A DNA stretch of 64,000 bases from Octopus sinensis (Eukaryota). Location of the stretch: assembly GCF_006345805.1 (NCBI RefSeq), contig NC_043008.1, positions 65,224,001-65,288,000 of the forward strand, written 5' to 3'. Positions 1 through 13,435 of the stretch are shown here, piece by piece; position 1 is the stretch's first letter, and every line of letters begins with the position of its first letter. A program made the translations under genes and the position numbers. Under the pieces are notes generated by a model. The model worked only from the letters and a program-made list of their open reading frames with translations, made no database searches and was not told where the DNA came from.

Positions 1-1600
1 GCGGATTTTAGCGACGAAAATATTTTGACAAATTAAACTTAAATGTTGAATTGAATCGAACGGCTTTTGTGTGTTTCTTAAATGGCTTATAAACACCTTC
101 CACGCTGCGATTGTAATCATTTATCCGCATTATGAAAACTAATCAAGGGATAAAGAAATAACAGCAGCCAAGATATTCAAGCACAAACAACTACGTATTG
201 CTTCAGTCCTCTCGTTGGGAAGAAAATAAAAAAGTGTTGTTTGGCAAATTAGAATCGTATTTGAAACAGAAATAGCTAACTATTGTTAGAAATCGAAACT
301 AGAATAGGTACGGTAAAGATGAGGTTACGTCTAACCCAAAAATATCGCTGACCTGGAAAATATAGGAAAGACATTGATATCAGATTATTGTTTAAGGAGT
401 CACAGGGCTATAATATACATATAAAAAAACCTGAGACGTAGAAATACACTGGATTTACCTATTCTGCTACAAACGAAAAAGTAAAAGAATAATACATGCA
501 ACACACGTAACGAACAATTACACTACTCCACCTATCAAACGAACACACAGCCTGGCAAAAAACTACAGGTTGATGTCGAAGCGATAGCTGAATCTCCAAA
601 GTCGTTTACGGCTATTTCCTTGTGAACGTTTTGTGTGTGTGTGTGTATGCATATATGTATGCAAACATACAGAGAGTGAATTCTGTATCATGTGTGTGTG
701 TATGTGTGTGTGTGTGCGTGTACGCGTGTAGATGAGTAAAAGTTTGAATGTATAGCCTACAATATTGGTAATAAATGAAAATGAAAATATTCCATACTGT
801 AAATAGTGTGGTGCCAAAGTATGTTCACTAAGTATATAGTTTCGGATTTTGTGGTACAGAGACCTATATAGTCGATTCCCGAAGAGAAACTTGAGTAATT
901 TTAAATTTCAGTTTCGAATTAAAAGAAACTTCATTTCCACATATACTTACCTGGGCCGGTAGAGTATGAACGCCGTACTGAGAAGGAATACATCTGAAAC
1001 TGTAAACAAATTAGGAAGCCGTCTACCATTTCTGCTGAATAGCAACACACGACATAAAAAAAAATAGATAAATAGTATTAATGACAGGCGAATAATGAAA
1101 ATAAAGATTCACAAAAACTGTAGGAATATAAGAATATAAGAATATAAGAATAAGAATATAAAAACAACAACAATGAATGCTTCCCGGAAGAGAAGTGATA
1201 TTGATAAACGTGATTATTTCATAGTTTCTAAGAGAAAGTTAATTTCCGGTGATAGTTAGATTTATTTGTCAGTTCCTTTAACTTCTTTTCATGTGCAAGG
1301 TCCCAATATCCCTATACCGGCACGTTTATATTTAAGTAGGGGAGAGATTGATGTCACGCGAAAAAATAAAAACATAGGAACATATACATAATGGAACGCT
1401 GACATTGATTTATTTAAGGCGATGGTAGGGACGGAAGTCGTTCTATGTGAAAAGTAGATAACAAAAGTACCAACAATAGTTTTGATAGTCATTGTAATAG
1501 AAGGAAAAGTAGGAAGGACAAGATAAGGTGGTGTAGTAACTCTTATCGTTGTGGTAGCATTGCTTTCATAATCATTACTATTTTTATTCCTCTTGTTTCT

Positions 1601-2018
1601 TATTTCTTTACTGCTGCCCACAAGGGGCTACACACAGAGGGGACAAACAAGGACAGACAAACGGAGTAAGTCGATTATATCGACCCCAGTGCGTACTTAG
1701 TACTTATTTAATCGACCCCGAAAGGATGAATGGCAAAGTCGACCTCGGCGGAATTTGAACTCAGAACGTAACGGTAGACGAAATACCTATTTCTTTACTA
1801 CCCACAAGGGGCTAAACACAGAGAGGACAAACAAGGACAGACAACAGATTAAGTCGATTATATCGACCCCAGTGTGTAACTGGTACTTATTTAATCGACC
1901 CCGAAAGGATGAATGGCAAAGTCGACTTCGACGGAATTTGAACTCAGAACGTAACGACAGACGAAATACAGCTACGCATTTCGCCCGGCGTGCTAACGTT
2001 TCTGCCAGCTCGCTGCCT
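1601..2018 (-). mobile_element. tRNA-derived SINE family A, head plus duplicated core/tail
   Basis: Head GGCAGCGAGCTGGCAGAAACGTTAGC, B-box-like GAGTTCAAATTCC, core GTCGACTTTGCC.TTCATCCTTTCGGGGTCGAT.AA.TAAGTACC present twice. Confidence 0.85.
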
Positions 2019-2399
2019 TTATTCATCTTGTTTCTGATTTAGGCAGGTGACGATCAATTTTTAGGGAAGATGTTCAGCCGATGAGATTAACGGTAGTATT
2101 TGGCTTTCACTATATCTCATATTATATCTTACGGACACCAAAGCGATGAAATGCACAGTAAGTCCCACTGTGGTCACACCAAATGGGTTAATGCAATTGG
2201 GCAAAACGCTACGTGGTGTTTCTCCCGTCTTTACATCCTAAGTTCAAATTACACTGAATTCAACTTTGCCTGTCATTCTTTAGGAGTCAATAAATTAAGT
2301 ACCACTTAAGCAATGGAGTCCAGATAATCGTCTTACCCTACCCACCCCGAAATTGCTGGCTTTGTATCAACATTTTAAATCATTATTATCATTATTATT

Positions 2400-3062
2400 T
2401 GTTTCAATTTCACGGTCTTCTACTTGTTCATCTTGATAGACCTTTCCCTTTCATGTACGACTTTTTACTCCATCCCATCATGAAGGATATTTTCCATTTT
2501 TAATGACTTAATTAACTTTAGATTGCTTTCCTGGATGTCCTTTCATTTTTGTGATTGGCTACTGCCACGTTCGCAAAATCCCGAGCAATTATTAACCCTC
2601 GTCCCATTTTGTTCCGCTTCACGTATAGCCAATCACCATTTTATTGGGTATAGAATGTCCTATATATCGTAAGCAATTTTCTAGACTTTCTGATCAAGAT
2701 TTTAAAGTTATCCTTCGTCCATCCGACTACAGTAGTTCTATATCTCATTAGACTTACGCTGCTAAATTTAATAGCAGAGATTTTATTTACACCATTCAAT
2801 TTCGATTTCAAGCTCTTGCTGAAATACTCCCGACTTAACATATTTCATCTCTCTATTGTCCATATCATCTATTTACACCAAGATACATGTATCCTTCACC
2901 TTCGTCAATCTCCTTAATTTCTGCGTCCGTCAAAAATTCTATTCCCTCTCTAAGTTTATAATTTCCTCTTTTCAACATACCTTATTTACTCACCCCAAAC
3001 ACCATGGCAATGTCACTACGAAACATGTGCAGTGAATTCACCAGAGTATCAAGTTGCTTGAT
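2400..3062 (-). pseudogene. R4/Dong-like (RLE-clade) non-LTR retrotransposon fossil, RT-thumb part
   Basis: Peptides KQLDTLVNS..F.SDIAMVFG, LKSKLNGVNKISAIK..VSLMRY...VGWTKDNFKILIRKSRKLLTI and WLYVKRNKMGRGL match R4/Dong-type RT C-terminal consensus. Confidence 0.7.
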
Positions 3063-3127
3063 ATCCTTGTTATAGTATTTCATGGTTGTTGTTGTTTTTA
3101 CTCTTCTTGTTATTGAACACAAAATTA

Positions 3128-3345
3128 AGGTCACGTGCTGGTAAAATCGCTAATACACCGGGGAAAATGCCTAGCTTCATTTTGCCAGCCTTAACTTTGT
3201 GAGTTCAAATTACGCCAAGGTTGACTTTACCTCTGATCCTTTCAGGGCCGATAAATTAAGTACCAGTGAAACACTGGAGTCGATATGATCGACTTTTTCT
3301 CTCCACCATAATTTCAGAACTTTTGCCTATCGTAGAAAGGATTAT
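3128..3345 (+). mobile_element. SINE family A, diverged
   Basis: Same head/core order; further decayed copies near 2180-2340, 3405-3580 and 3895-3990. Confidence 0.65.
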
Positions 3346-4166
3346 TACTGTTCTTCTGGTAGTTTTTGTTGTTTTTAAACTAAAATTTAAGCCCGCGAGG
3401 CGACAGATTTATTATCACGTGGACAAAATTTAGTCCGTGGACGGATTTGGTCCGTCTTATATTCAGAGTTGAAATACCACCGAGGTCAACGTTTGTTTCA
3501 TTAAGTTGATTTAAATTAATGTCATATAAGCTCTAGAGTCGATGTAGTCGACTAGGCCCCTCCCACAAAATTTCAGGCTGTGTTTTTTATAGTAAAAAGC
3601 ATTCTTAAATCAAAAATTCAGTTTTCGAGTCAATAGTATTGTATAATCTTCTCTCAAAATAAAGGCTGGGTATGTTGCAATTTGAACTGTATATTTAGGC
3701 CCCGAAACACAACTGCTAATGATTTTGTTCGACGCCATGATTATTCTGCCTCTAATTATAATAATGCTAATATCAATTGTATCTACTTGTAATAATCGTT
3801 ATCATAAATTAGTAACTGTTTATGGTAGTAGTAGTAGTATTAGATATTAAAATTTTCGCTTCAAAGTTTAGCACTAGATCAGCAAGTTGGGTGGAGAGAG
3901 AAAAACCGATTACATTGACCACCAATGCTCAACTGGTATTTAACTAATCGACCCCAGAAAAGATGAAAGCAAAATCGACCTCGGTACCCTGAAAGATCCC
4001 ACCAGTTCTCCGCCCTACAGTAAATGTCAACATATTAATATAGCAGTACTACCAACAGCAGAAAGTGATGGAATCGTTTAGATAAATCATATTATGGTTG
4101 ATATCGAGTTTATTGACCAAAATTTCAGACAAGAGCAACACTTAATATGTTTGGGTTTTCCTAAAG

Positions 4167-4183
4167 TTCGCTCCAGTGTCTAT

Positions 4184-4233
<50 letters not shown>

Positions 4234-4234
4234 A

Positions 4235-4302
<68 letters not shown>

Positions 4303-4476
4303 ATTATGTATATATATATTAATATATATATGTGTGTATATATATAGATATTATGTATATATAAGTATATATATATAATATATGTATATATATGTATATA
4401 TATGTATATATATTATATATATATATGTATATATATATAGTATATATATATATATATTGTATATATATATTATATG

Positions 4477-4508
<32 letters not shown>

Positions 4509-4668
4509 ATTTATTAAATTTTATGTATTAATTAATCTTTCCTGTTTGTTTTGCAAATATAGGTTTTGTCTCGATAATATTTTTATAATATTTTACGATA
4601 AAATCGATTAATCCTAAATCTGATTTTTCCCTGTAAATTTGGATTTATCCCTATATTATTATTATATG

Positions 4669-4699
<31 letters not shown>

Positions 4700-5429
4700 G
4701 CATATGTATATGTATATGTATATATATATAATGTGTAATATATATCTATATATATGTATATTATATATATATATATATATATTTAATGTATATATATATA
4801 TATATAGATTGATTATATATAATATATATCAACAATTTCTTTTAATTTATTTTACTAAGCCCTAATTATATAATATATATATATATATGTATAGATATAT
4901 GTTATGTATATATATATATATATGTAATATATTATGTATATAGTATAGTATATATATATATTATATATATATATATATATATGTAATGTATATATATATA
5001 TATATCAACAATTTATTTTAATTTATTTTACTAAGGCCCTAATTATATATATAATACTATATATATTATATGTATATATATATATATATATGATATCTAT
5101 ATATAAATATATATATTGTATATATTATATATAGATGTATATATATATATATATAAATAGATATATATGTATATATATATATATATAATAAATATATATA
5201 TGTATAAATATTATAAATAATAGATATATTGTATATATATGTATATATATATATATATATATAATATATATATTTATATATATATATATGTATATCTATA
5301 TGTATGTATATAATATATATATTTATATATATATATATAGTATATATATTATATAATATATATATTTATATATATATATGTATATATATGTATATATGTA
5401 TATGTGTATATATATAGTATATATATATG

Positions 5430-5460
<31 letters not shown>

Positions 5461-5586
5461 TTATATATATGTATATGTATATATATATGTATATTATATA
5501 TATATATATGTATATATTATGATAATATATATATGTATATATTATATTATATATATATATATAGATATATGTATTATATATATATC
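4167..5586. repeat. About 1.4-kb imperfect (TA)n tract with embedded short unique cassettes
   Basis: Almost pure A/T alternation; cassettes at 4510-4660, 4830-4870 and 5006-5047. Confidence 0.95.
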
Positions 5587-6691
5587 AACGTCGACAGTTA
5601 CGAGATATAAATATCAGTGATAATTTCATGGCATTTATTGTAACAACAACATGAACAGCTTGACTGCTTGAATACGAAAAGAAGCAGCAAAGATGCAGAA
5701 ACACAGACTATTCCTTCAGGCGAAAATAGCACCATAGAGAGAGAAATGTATATATTCCTGTAGGCGTCGTAGGTACTAAATAATTGATAAGTCTTCAGTT
5801 GACTTCCACTGAGCGTGATGTGGTGCCCTGAAGTTTTCCAGTTTGGAAAGTGCATGTAAGAAAGAAAAATTACAATAAAACCGCGAAGACATTCTGAATC
5901 TATGGAACAATAAGTAAAGAAAAAAAATGAATATTTATTATTCTTCCAATCCGTTTTCAGTAGATAACTTGCTTTCCAGAACGACAGGTGTCTTTGCGAT
6001 TCGTAGCCAGGAGCACAACCAAAGGATTCTTAGACGACTAAATATCAGAGCAATAGTAGTAGATGCAATAATAACAATGACAGTGACAAACATAACACAA
6101 GCAATAACAATATATGTCGGAGAAAATGCATCAAAAATACTGAGTCAAAAATATTATACGCCAGTTCTTCTCATTAATTTCAACACTCTACAAAAAAATA
6201 TATGTGCTATACACCAAAGCATAAATTAGGCATATATACGCGCACGCGCGTGCGTGTATGTGTGTGTAGTGTAGTGTTTGAAGTGCTGTACAGATATTGT
6301 ACATTGAGAAATAGGAGGTGGTCAGAATTTTGGATAATTCTTTATTAGCACTTTTGTTTGGTTATGGAACTCGTCACGACAAAATAATTATCAAAATGGC
6401 AAAAACAGAACGTTGTGTTGTTCACTTATATGAATCGGATGCCATTTTGCTTTGTTTAGAAGAGGAGAATATTTTTCTATTTTTTGTTGGGTGCTTTTTA
6501 TTTTGGAAAAGGGCGATAGAGAGAAAGAAAAGCAAAGATGGGGGAATAGACAGAGGGAGAGAGAGAGAGAGGTTTCAGGACAATCAAAAAAGTGGAGAAA
6601 AATTAAAGGATGGGGAAAGGATAGATAGACAGACAGACAGACAGACTGTCGGTCTATCTGTTTATCTATGTATGTATCTATTTCTCTATTA

Positions 6692-6806
6692 TTTGTAAGC
6701 CTAGTACTTATTCTATCGGTCTCTTTTGCCGAACCGCTAGGTTGCGAGGACGTAAACAGACCAGCATCGGTTGTCAAGGACGTTGGGGGAAAACACAGAC
6801 ACACAA

Positions 6807-6845
<39 letters not shown>

Positions 6846-6856
6846 TATATATATAT

Positions 6857-6899
<43 letters not shown>

Positions 6900-6994
6900 C
6901 GGCTTCTTTAAGTTTCCGTCTAACAAATCCACTTAAAAGGCTTTGGTCGACCCGAGGCTATAGTAGAAGACACTTGACGAAGGTGCACGCGTAG
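6692..6994 (-). mobile_element. SINE family B with internal CA/TA microsatellite
   Basis: GTGTCTTCTACTATAGCCTCGGGTCGACCAAAGCC, microsatellite, then TTGACAACCGATGCTGGT..TTTACGTCC..GGTTCGGCAAAAGAGACCGATAGAATAAGTACTAGGCTTAC. Confidence 0.8.
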
Positions 6995-7182
6995 TAACGA
7001 GTTGGGAGTAGTACAAAAATATGGATATATATATAGTATGCTTTATTCACACAAAAGCATGCATAGTACGCACATGCATACACACATACATGTGTATATG
7101 TACATACATGTATATATATATGTGTGTGCATGTGTGTTGTGTGTGGGAGGTGGCTGTGTGTGGGGGCGTGTAAGTGTGTGTG

Positions 7183-7555
7183 GAGCTGCAATGACCCAGT
7201 AGTTAGAAAGCGCATGCGCTGTCGTAGGATCGCGGTTTCAATTCCCGGACCGGGCGTTGTGTGTGTTTATTGAGCGAAAACACCTAAAGCTCCACGACGC
7301 TCCGAGGAGGGGTGGTAAAATCTGCTGTAGTCTTTCACCACAAATTTGTCTCACTCTTTCTTCCTGTGTCTGTGGCATCTGTATTTCAAAGACCAGTCTT
7401 GTTGCACTCTGTGTCTCTCTGAATTTCCCCGACAACTGCGTTAAGGATATACGTGTCTGTGGAGTTCTCAGCTACCTGCACGCTAATTTCACGAGCAGGC
7501 TGTTCCGTTGATCGAAACAACTGGAACCCCTGTCGCCTTAACTGACAGAGTTTCA
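7183..7555 (+). mobile_element. tRNA-derived SINE family C
   Basis: A-box-like TGACCCAGTAGTTAG and B-box-like GGTTTCAATTCCC followed by about 300 bp of body ending in TA repeats. Confidence 0.55.
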
Positions 7556-7587
7556 CGATATATATGTATGTATATATATATATATAT

Positions 7588-8000
7588 GGAGAATTCACGA
7601 AAAAACAAAAGACGAAGACAGGTGATGTAGAAAGCAACCAGTTGATTAAAATCTAGAGAATCAACATAATATAATTTTACCTAAAATCTCCAAGAATGTA
7701 TGGAGATAGACATCATATTCTCTATCTATCTCCTTACATTCTTGGAGATTTTAGGTAAAATTATAATGTGTATATCTGTTTAGATTTAGTAAAATTCTAT
7801 GTCTTTATGCAGCTGAGGATTGCTCTGCATTTAAATTGATGTAATGATAGCATTGTTCAATTAAATGGAGTTGCTTGAAACGATCGTACTGCATTACCTC
7901 TGGATATCCTTATTACTTACTTAGCTATTAATCATGTTATTTTGAAATTTATGGATAGTACCGTACTAAATTCTGGTGTTACAACTTAATTATCATATTC
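7588..8000 (+). mobile_element. Small non-coding HHR-bearing element between (TA)n tracts (PLE-derived or retrozyme-like)
   Basis: Bounded by TA runs; contains a 41-bp inverted repeat (7670-7710 / 7725-7765) followed by the HHR. Its start (TATATGGAGAA) resembles the segment at about 59265. Confidence 0.5.
7807..7894 (+). ncRNA. Type I hammerhead ribozyme fold with long stem II
   Basis: Perfect 6-bp stem I ATGCAG/CTGCAT; CTGAGGA (7813-7819); 57-nt hairpin insert; GAAA (7877-7880); palindromic stem III ACGATCGT; GUA (7886-7888). The core-proximal stem II pair is a T-T mismatch. Confidence 0.68.
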
Positions 8001-8194
8001 ATATATATATATATATAATATATAATATACTATGGAGACGCTGTTGGACGACATGGGCTTGCTTCTCCAGGTGCCGAGCCGCAAGTCCACTGATTTTCCC
8101 GGTTAACTTTTGCTCCCGTTACCGCTTCGTATTTTAGTATTTCGCTGACCAGGTCGAAGATAAATAAATAGATAGATATATAGGTAAGTAGAAG

Positions 8195-8311
<117 letters not shown>

Positions 8312-8654
8312 CATCATGAGAAACAGTTTGTCGTCGTCGCTGTCTGCCACCTTTATCTTTGTCATATACCTTTGCAACTACTAAAGTCCTCGACGTCTAT
8401 GTCGGATTACAATGAATTCTAAATGACGTGTAATTGAAAATTCTTCATTACATTCATTTAATGAAAATATATTGTTAACTAATTCAATTAGCTTCATGAA
8501 TTGGAAGTCAATTAAACGCACAAATTTATTCTTACACATTCATTAGACCGAAAGTAATTATTGAAATGCAGATAACTCCATCATGCAAAGCCTGCTAAAA
8601 CTCGATTAAAGATTATCAATAAATAACGACAGATATTTTTTCTTCTCGTTGTTC

Positions 8655-8940
8655 CTTTTCCGTTTACTTCTTCTTCGTCGTCGTCTTCGTCTTCGTCGTC
8701 TTCGTCTTCGTCGTCTTCGTCTTCTTCGTCTTCGTCTTCGTCTTCGTCTTCGTCTTCTTCGTCTTCTTCCTTCTTCGTCTTCTTCTTCTCCTTCTTCTTC
8801 TTCTTCTTCTCCTTCTTCTTCTTCTTCTTCTCCTTCTTCTTCTTCTTCTTCTCCTTCTTCTTCTCCTTCTTCTTCTCCTTCTTCTTCTCCATCTTCTTTT
8901 GCTTCATTTCCTTCATTTTCTTCATCTTGTTCATCTTCTA
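8655..8940. repeat. Compound (TCG)n/(TCT)n/(TCC) trinucleotide repeat
   Basis: Direct inspection; it produces the poly-K/D/E pseudo-ORF. Confidence 0.9.
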
Positions 8941-9920
8941 GTTGTTGTTCTCTTTCAGTGTTTGACCAAATGTGGCATTCTAGTACTGGGATTAATATAA
9001 TCTGGTAAACGTCAACACTTTTCTTTTATATTTTGATATATGACTATGTTAGAATGTGGTGGTACACAGCTTAATATGCATAGCACTTAATATCATTCAT
9101 TTACACTGATTTCGAATCTCGTGGAAGGTTGTTTTGTTTTTCATCCATACGAAGACAATAGCGTAAGAGCGAATCCATTCTTAAAGTCAATGTAATCGAC
9201 TGATTAAAAGCTTCCCACGAAGTTGACGCCTTGTACCTTTGTTGGGAGGAAATCTATTCATATCTTCTAAAGAATAAAATATTGGCAGAATCGGTATTAT
9301 GTCAGGAAATATGATACTTTTGACAACTTATCTCCTGATATCACATCCCAACCAGATCAACTTTAAGCGAGTGCAGCATATTAGCACAAAAGTAATATAA
9401 GCGTATACATTTCTGTTAGAGCAAAAGAATGCATTGGGATATTAGCCGAGTGGGTAGCTTCAAAATAACAGAAAAGTCGTAAGAACACGAATCAGACACC
9501 ATGATCAATGAAATAAAGTAAAATACATTTTCTGAATTCAATGTAACTTTTTGTTTCCTTTCCATAAATTTCCAAACCTTGCGGTTCTGCTAATGATAAT
9601 TGTTAATAAGGTATTCTTGTTCAAATAGATCGCTTATATCCATTTCCTATGCTACTTTTCATTGTTTCACCATCAACTAACGCTATGCCATCTACTCATT
9701 CCATTCTCTTATTTACATAATCTATATTCACATTAATAACTTTCTCTAGTACACTGTCATCTAATGTCTTAACACCTACTGATTCCAAACCTCCTAAGCA
9801 GGTCCGTCATTAATTCACCACTCTTTCTGCTATATATTTTCTCATTTATACCGAAATCTCGTTTTCATCATCGGGAAGGTCATTGTTATCGTACACAATA
9901 AATGCAATAAAGTAAGCCCT

Positions 9921-10110
9921 AGAAATGGCAGAATCGTTAGCGCCCCGTGTAAAATGCTTAGTGACATTCCGTCCGTCTTTACGTTATGAGATCAAATGCC
10001 GCTGAAGTCTTCTTTGCCATTCATCCTTTTGGAGTCGACGAAATAGGTGCCAGTCGAGCACTGGGGTTCATGTAATAGACTAGTACTCTTTCTCAAAATA
10101 TCAGTAAGGC
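9921..10110 (+). mobile_element. SINE family A, diverged
   Basis: TGGCAGAATCGTTAGC head and TTCATCCTTTTGGAGTCGA core. Confidence 0.7.
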
Positions 10111-10164
10111 CTTGCGCCTATATTTGAAAGGGTTATTATCATTATAAAAGAAATCATTATTATT

Positions 10165-11300
10165 ATTAGTTACCAGGTATGTTATCTTGATGTTTGGTGA
10201 CAACTCTCCTCAAATATCAGAAATATCTCTGAGAATTCAAATAGAACATAGGATAACTCTATTCTGCAGGTCGACAGTGAAAGTTTCAACTTCAAACCTT
10301 GTAGCCTTCTCGGTAGCATATTGGGTATTGTGCCAAGTTCATCAATTACTACAGGAATAATCGTTGTCTTCGTGTTCCACAATCGTCTCGGTTTTCTGGC
10401 TATATCCTGATGTTTCTTAGCGTTTTCACTTTCTGTGATATCGACTATGCAATGATAGGGAAATGCAAAATTTATGATCTTATTCTGCTTATATATTTTG
10501 CCCTCTATAATGATGCCTGGTCTTCTTGTCTCAAAAGCAAGATCAGTCTATATGGTTGAGTCCCACAAGAATTGGAATTCTCATTTTCTATCACGGCGTC
10601 TAGTTCGTATTCATACCACTTTTCTGTTGTTTCGAAATCAACACTCGGTTAACATCTCAATGCATCTTTTACCTGTACAGAAATGTCTGCGCTTATATAT
10701 GTATTTGTCCTGGTATACTGTACCCACTCAAAATGTGATTGATACATACAAACTTCGTCTGCATCTTCTACCACCATCAACTCTAGTTACAGAGAAACAT
10801 GAATATTGGGGAAGCAGGTTAACACAGAGATTAGTGTGGCACAATTCTATGCTTAAAAATAACTATATCCTTCTTACCGAAATTTCAAGAGAATAAGAAA
10901 CAGAAAAAATCAAGTTCATTTGGCGTGCCCAGGAGCCATGAGCTTGCTTCGAATCAACGAAACAACAACTGCAAACAGTACTGATTGACGCATGGAAGTA
11001 CATTAGCACAAATAGCGGAGGTGAAACGTACGTGTCTAGATGTTCCTTTTTCAAGCAAGACGACGGCACAAGGAAACAAACTGGGGAGATGAAATTGCCC
11101 ATGCATTTCAACCGACTTAATTTATATGATTCATACGAGGCTCAGATTCGAGATTGGAGTGACAATGTGACTGCATATACAGGTAGAATGTCTAATTTTT
11201 ACATCTGCAATAGAGCGAATTACTTGAGGGTTTTCTCTCCTTAGTGATAACAAAACATAGAAAGACAATAGTTGTTGGAAACTATAATGGCGAAATAAAA
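10165..11300 (-). pseudogene. R4/Dong-like retrotransposon fossil, zinc knuckle plus restriction-like endonuclease end
   Basis: CRRC...YKRRH, VIENENFQFLWD.TI*TD..ETRRPGIII, RRLWNTKTTIIPVVIDELGTIP; 3' end next to (TAA)n at about 10155. Confidence 0.75.
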
Positions 11301-12727
11301 GAAGCATTATTGATAGAATCATCAGGGCATCGAACAAAAATTTCCTACGAGATCTGTCCCGGCTTTTTAATTTCTGATATATACAGACGTACTGTGTATC
11401 TTGACCAGATCAACTTTACATTTCTATCCTAAGAGATCGATAAAACTATGTGCAAGTTAAAAACTGTGGGCTATAATATAAATTCATACTCTCCCCTCAA
11501 AACTTCTAGGTTTTTACGTTCTGACTTAAAATTGTCTTTCATTCTTCCGGGTCGATAAAATAAAATACCAATCAAGTATTTCGGCCGTGAGCATCGACTG
11601 ACTCCTACCCACAAACTCGCTCGTTTTGCACCTAAATTAGACACTATTATTACGTAGCTGTGTCTTTTCAACTGAAGTATGCGTAAAGTCATTGTTGCAT
11701 GGCCAAAATCAATATACGACCTATAAATTGTTAAATGAACTGCATCAAGCTTAAAACGTGTTGATTATAGGCTGACTGCAATTCTAGAACATCTTAATTT
11801 TCGATGCTTGGTTACCGGGTTCATAGATGATGTCTCTAAAGAAATAAAGCAGCCATTCAGTAAGTGTTAATTTCTAATCCACGTAAGTACAATGTGTACC
11901 TTACGAACTACATACACATTTAATTAGAATAGATAACATAATCAACCAAATAATCATCTTATATAATTGGTCTAATTAGCGTTAAAGTTTTTCCATTTAT
12001 ATCTTTAGTTTAATTATGTTATTACCATCTTAGCTACACCAGACTAATGGAGAGGGAAAAGAAAAAAAGAAGAAATATTACAGATAGTTTTATCAAGCTT
12101 ATTTATTTGGTATCATTTCATTAGCTCTGATTTATTCCATTATATTTCTACTGTTCTACTTATATAACCTTCTGGCAGTTTCTATATTTCTCAAGAAATC
12201 GGATGGAGAAATAATAGTACAAAAATACCGGTGTATTAAGATTGGAAATTGTTATGCTGATTATATTTGGTCTAGAATAGTGTCAACCTTCTTTATGACA
12301 TCCCATTGGACATGATGGGTAATAATAATAACTTGTAGAGCCAGAAGAAAAAGTTCGTTTATGAAAGCGGCTCATTGTAATCAAAACATTCGAAAGAAAA
12401 ACCTAAATTTGATCACCATCTCCTTTACTGAATAGTTTGCTAAACAAGTCGTAATATAGGTTTTCTTCCCTTCCTTCGGCATATATTAATTTCATTATTA
12501 ATTTTATTATAGACCGGCAACTCTGTTTTATTACTCAAAGGAGCAACAAATATAGCATCTGATATAGTTTGTTCTTTGTGTTAAACAGCAAGCCATACAT
12601 ATACATATTCTACTTAGAAGATATTCTGGCACACATGAGACACGAGCGTGTTGCCGCTAGAAACAAAAAACAACTTTCGATCATGCACAAGTCATAAACG
12701 CGCGCGCACATACTCCCCCCTCACCAC

Positions 12728-12814
12728 AGATATATATATATATTGTGGTGTGTGTATATATATATATGTGTGTGTGTGTATATATATATGTGTGTTTGTA
12801 TATATATATATATA

Positions 12815-12869
<55 letters not shown>

Positions 12870-13053
12870 TGTGTGTATATCTATATATATATATGTGTGT
12901 GGTGTGTGTGTATATATATATATATTATATATATATATATATACATATATATATGTGTGTGTGTGTGTGTGGTGTGTGTGTGTATATAGTATATATATAT
13001 ATATTGTGTGTGTGGTGTGTATATAAGTATATATAATATATATATATATATTA
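12728..13053. repeat. Compound (TA)/(TG) microsatellite
   Basis: Direct inspection. Confidence 0.9.
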
Positions 13054-13435
13054 TAGCGAGAGTGTTTCGGTTCTCAAATCCAATCAAATCCGAGGAGTTA
13101 AAGTTACTGAATTTAACAAATCTTATTCAAGCTGTGTAAAGAGAAGAAATACTAACACATCGGTACTCACCTTCCAAACCGTTTGTAATATTGAGTCATG
13201 GAATAAGTAAGAATATTTTAATTTTTAAAGAGAGGAAATGGAATTGTTACCCCTACGGAAACGTATTATTCATATGGATGGAAGAAATAGTTACACCTGG
13301 CAAAATATATATATATTCAGCTTGAATACACCTTTCTCTTATATCTACGTTTCGTTACTTTGGATTACTATTAATTTCTTTGATCCAACGATCACTGTTT
13401 CTATGTTGTCACTTGATCTCACAGAAAAAATTTAA

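Noticed and set aside
8581-8934. Poly-Lys/Asp/Glu ORF resembling an acidic chaperone tail
   Set aside because: Pure trinucleotide repeat with no splice or flanking coding context.
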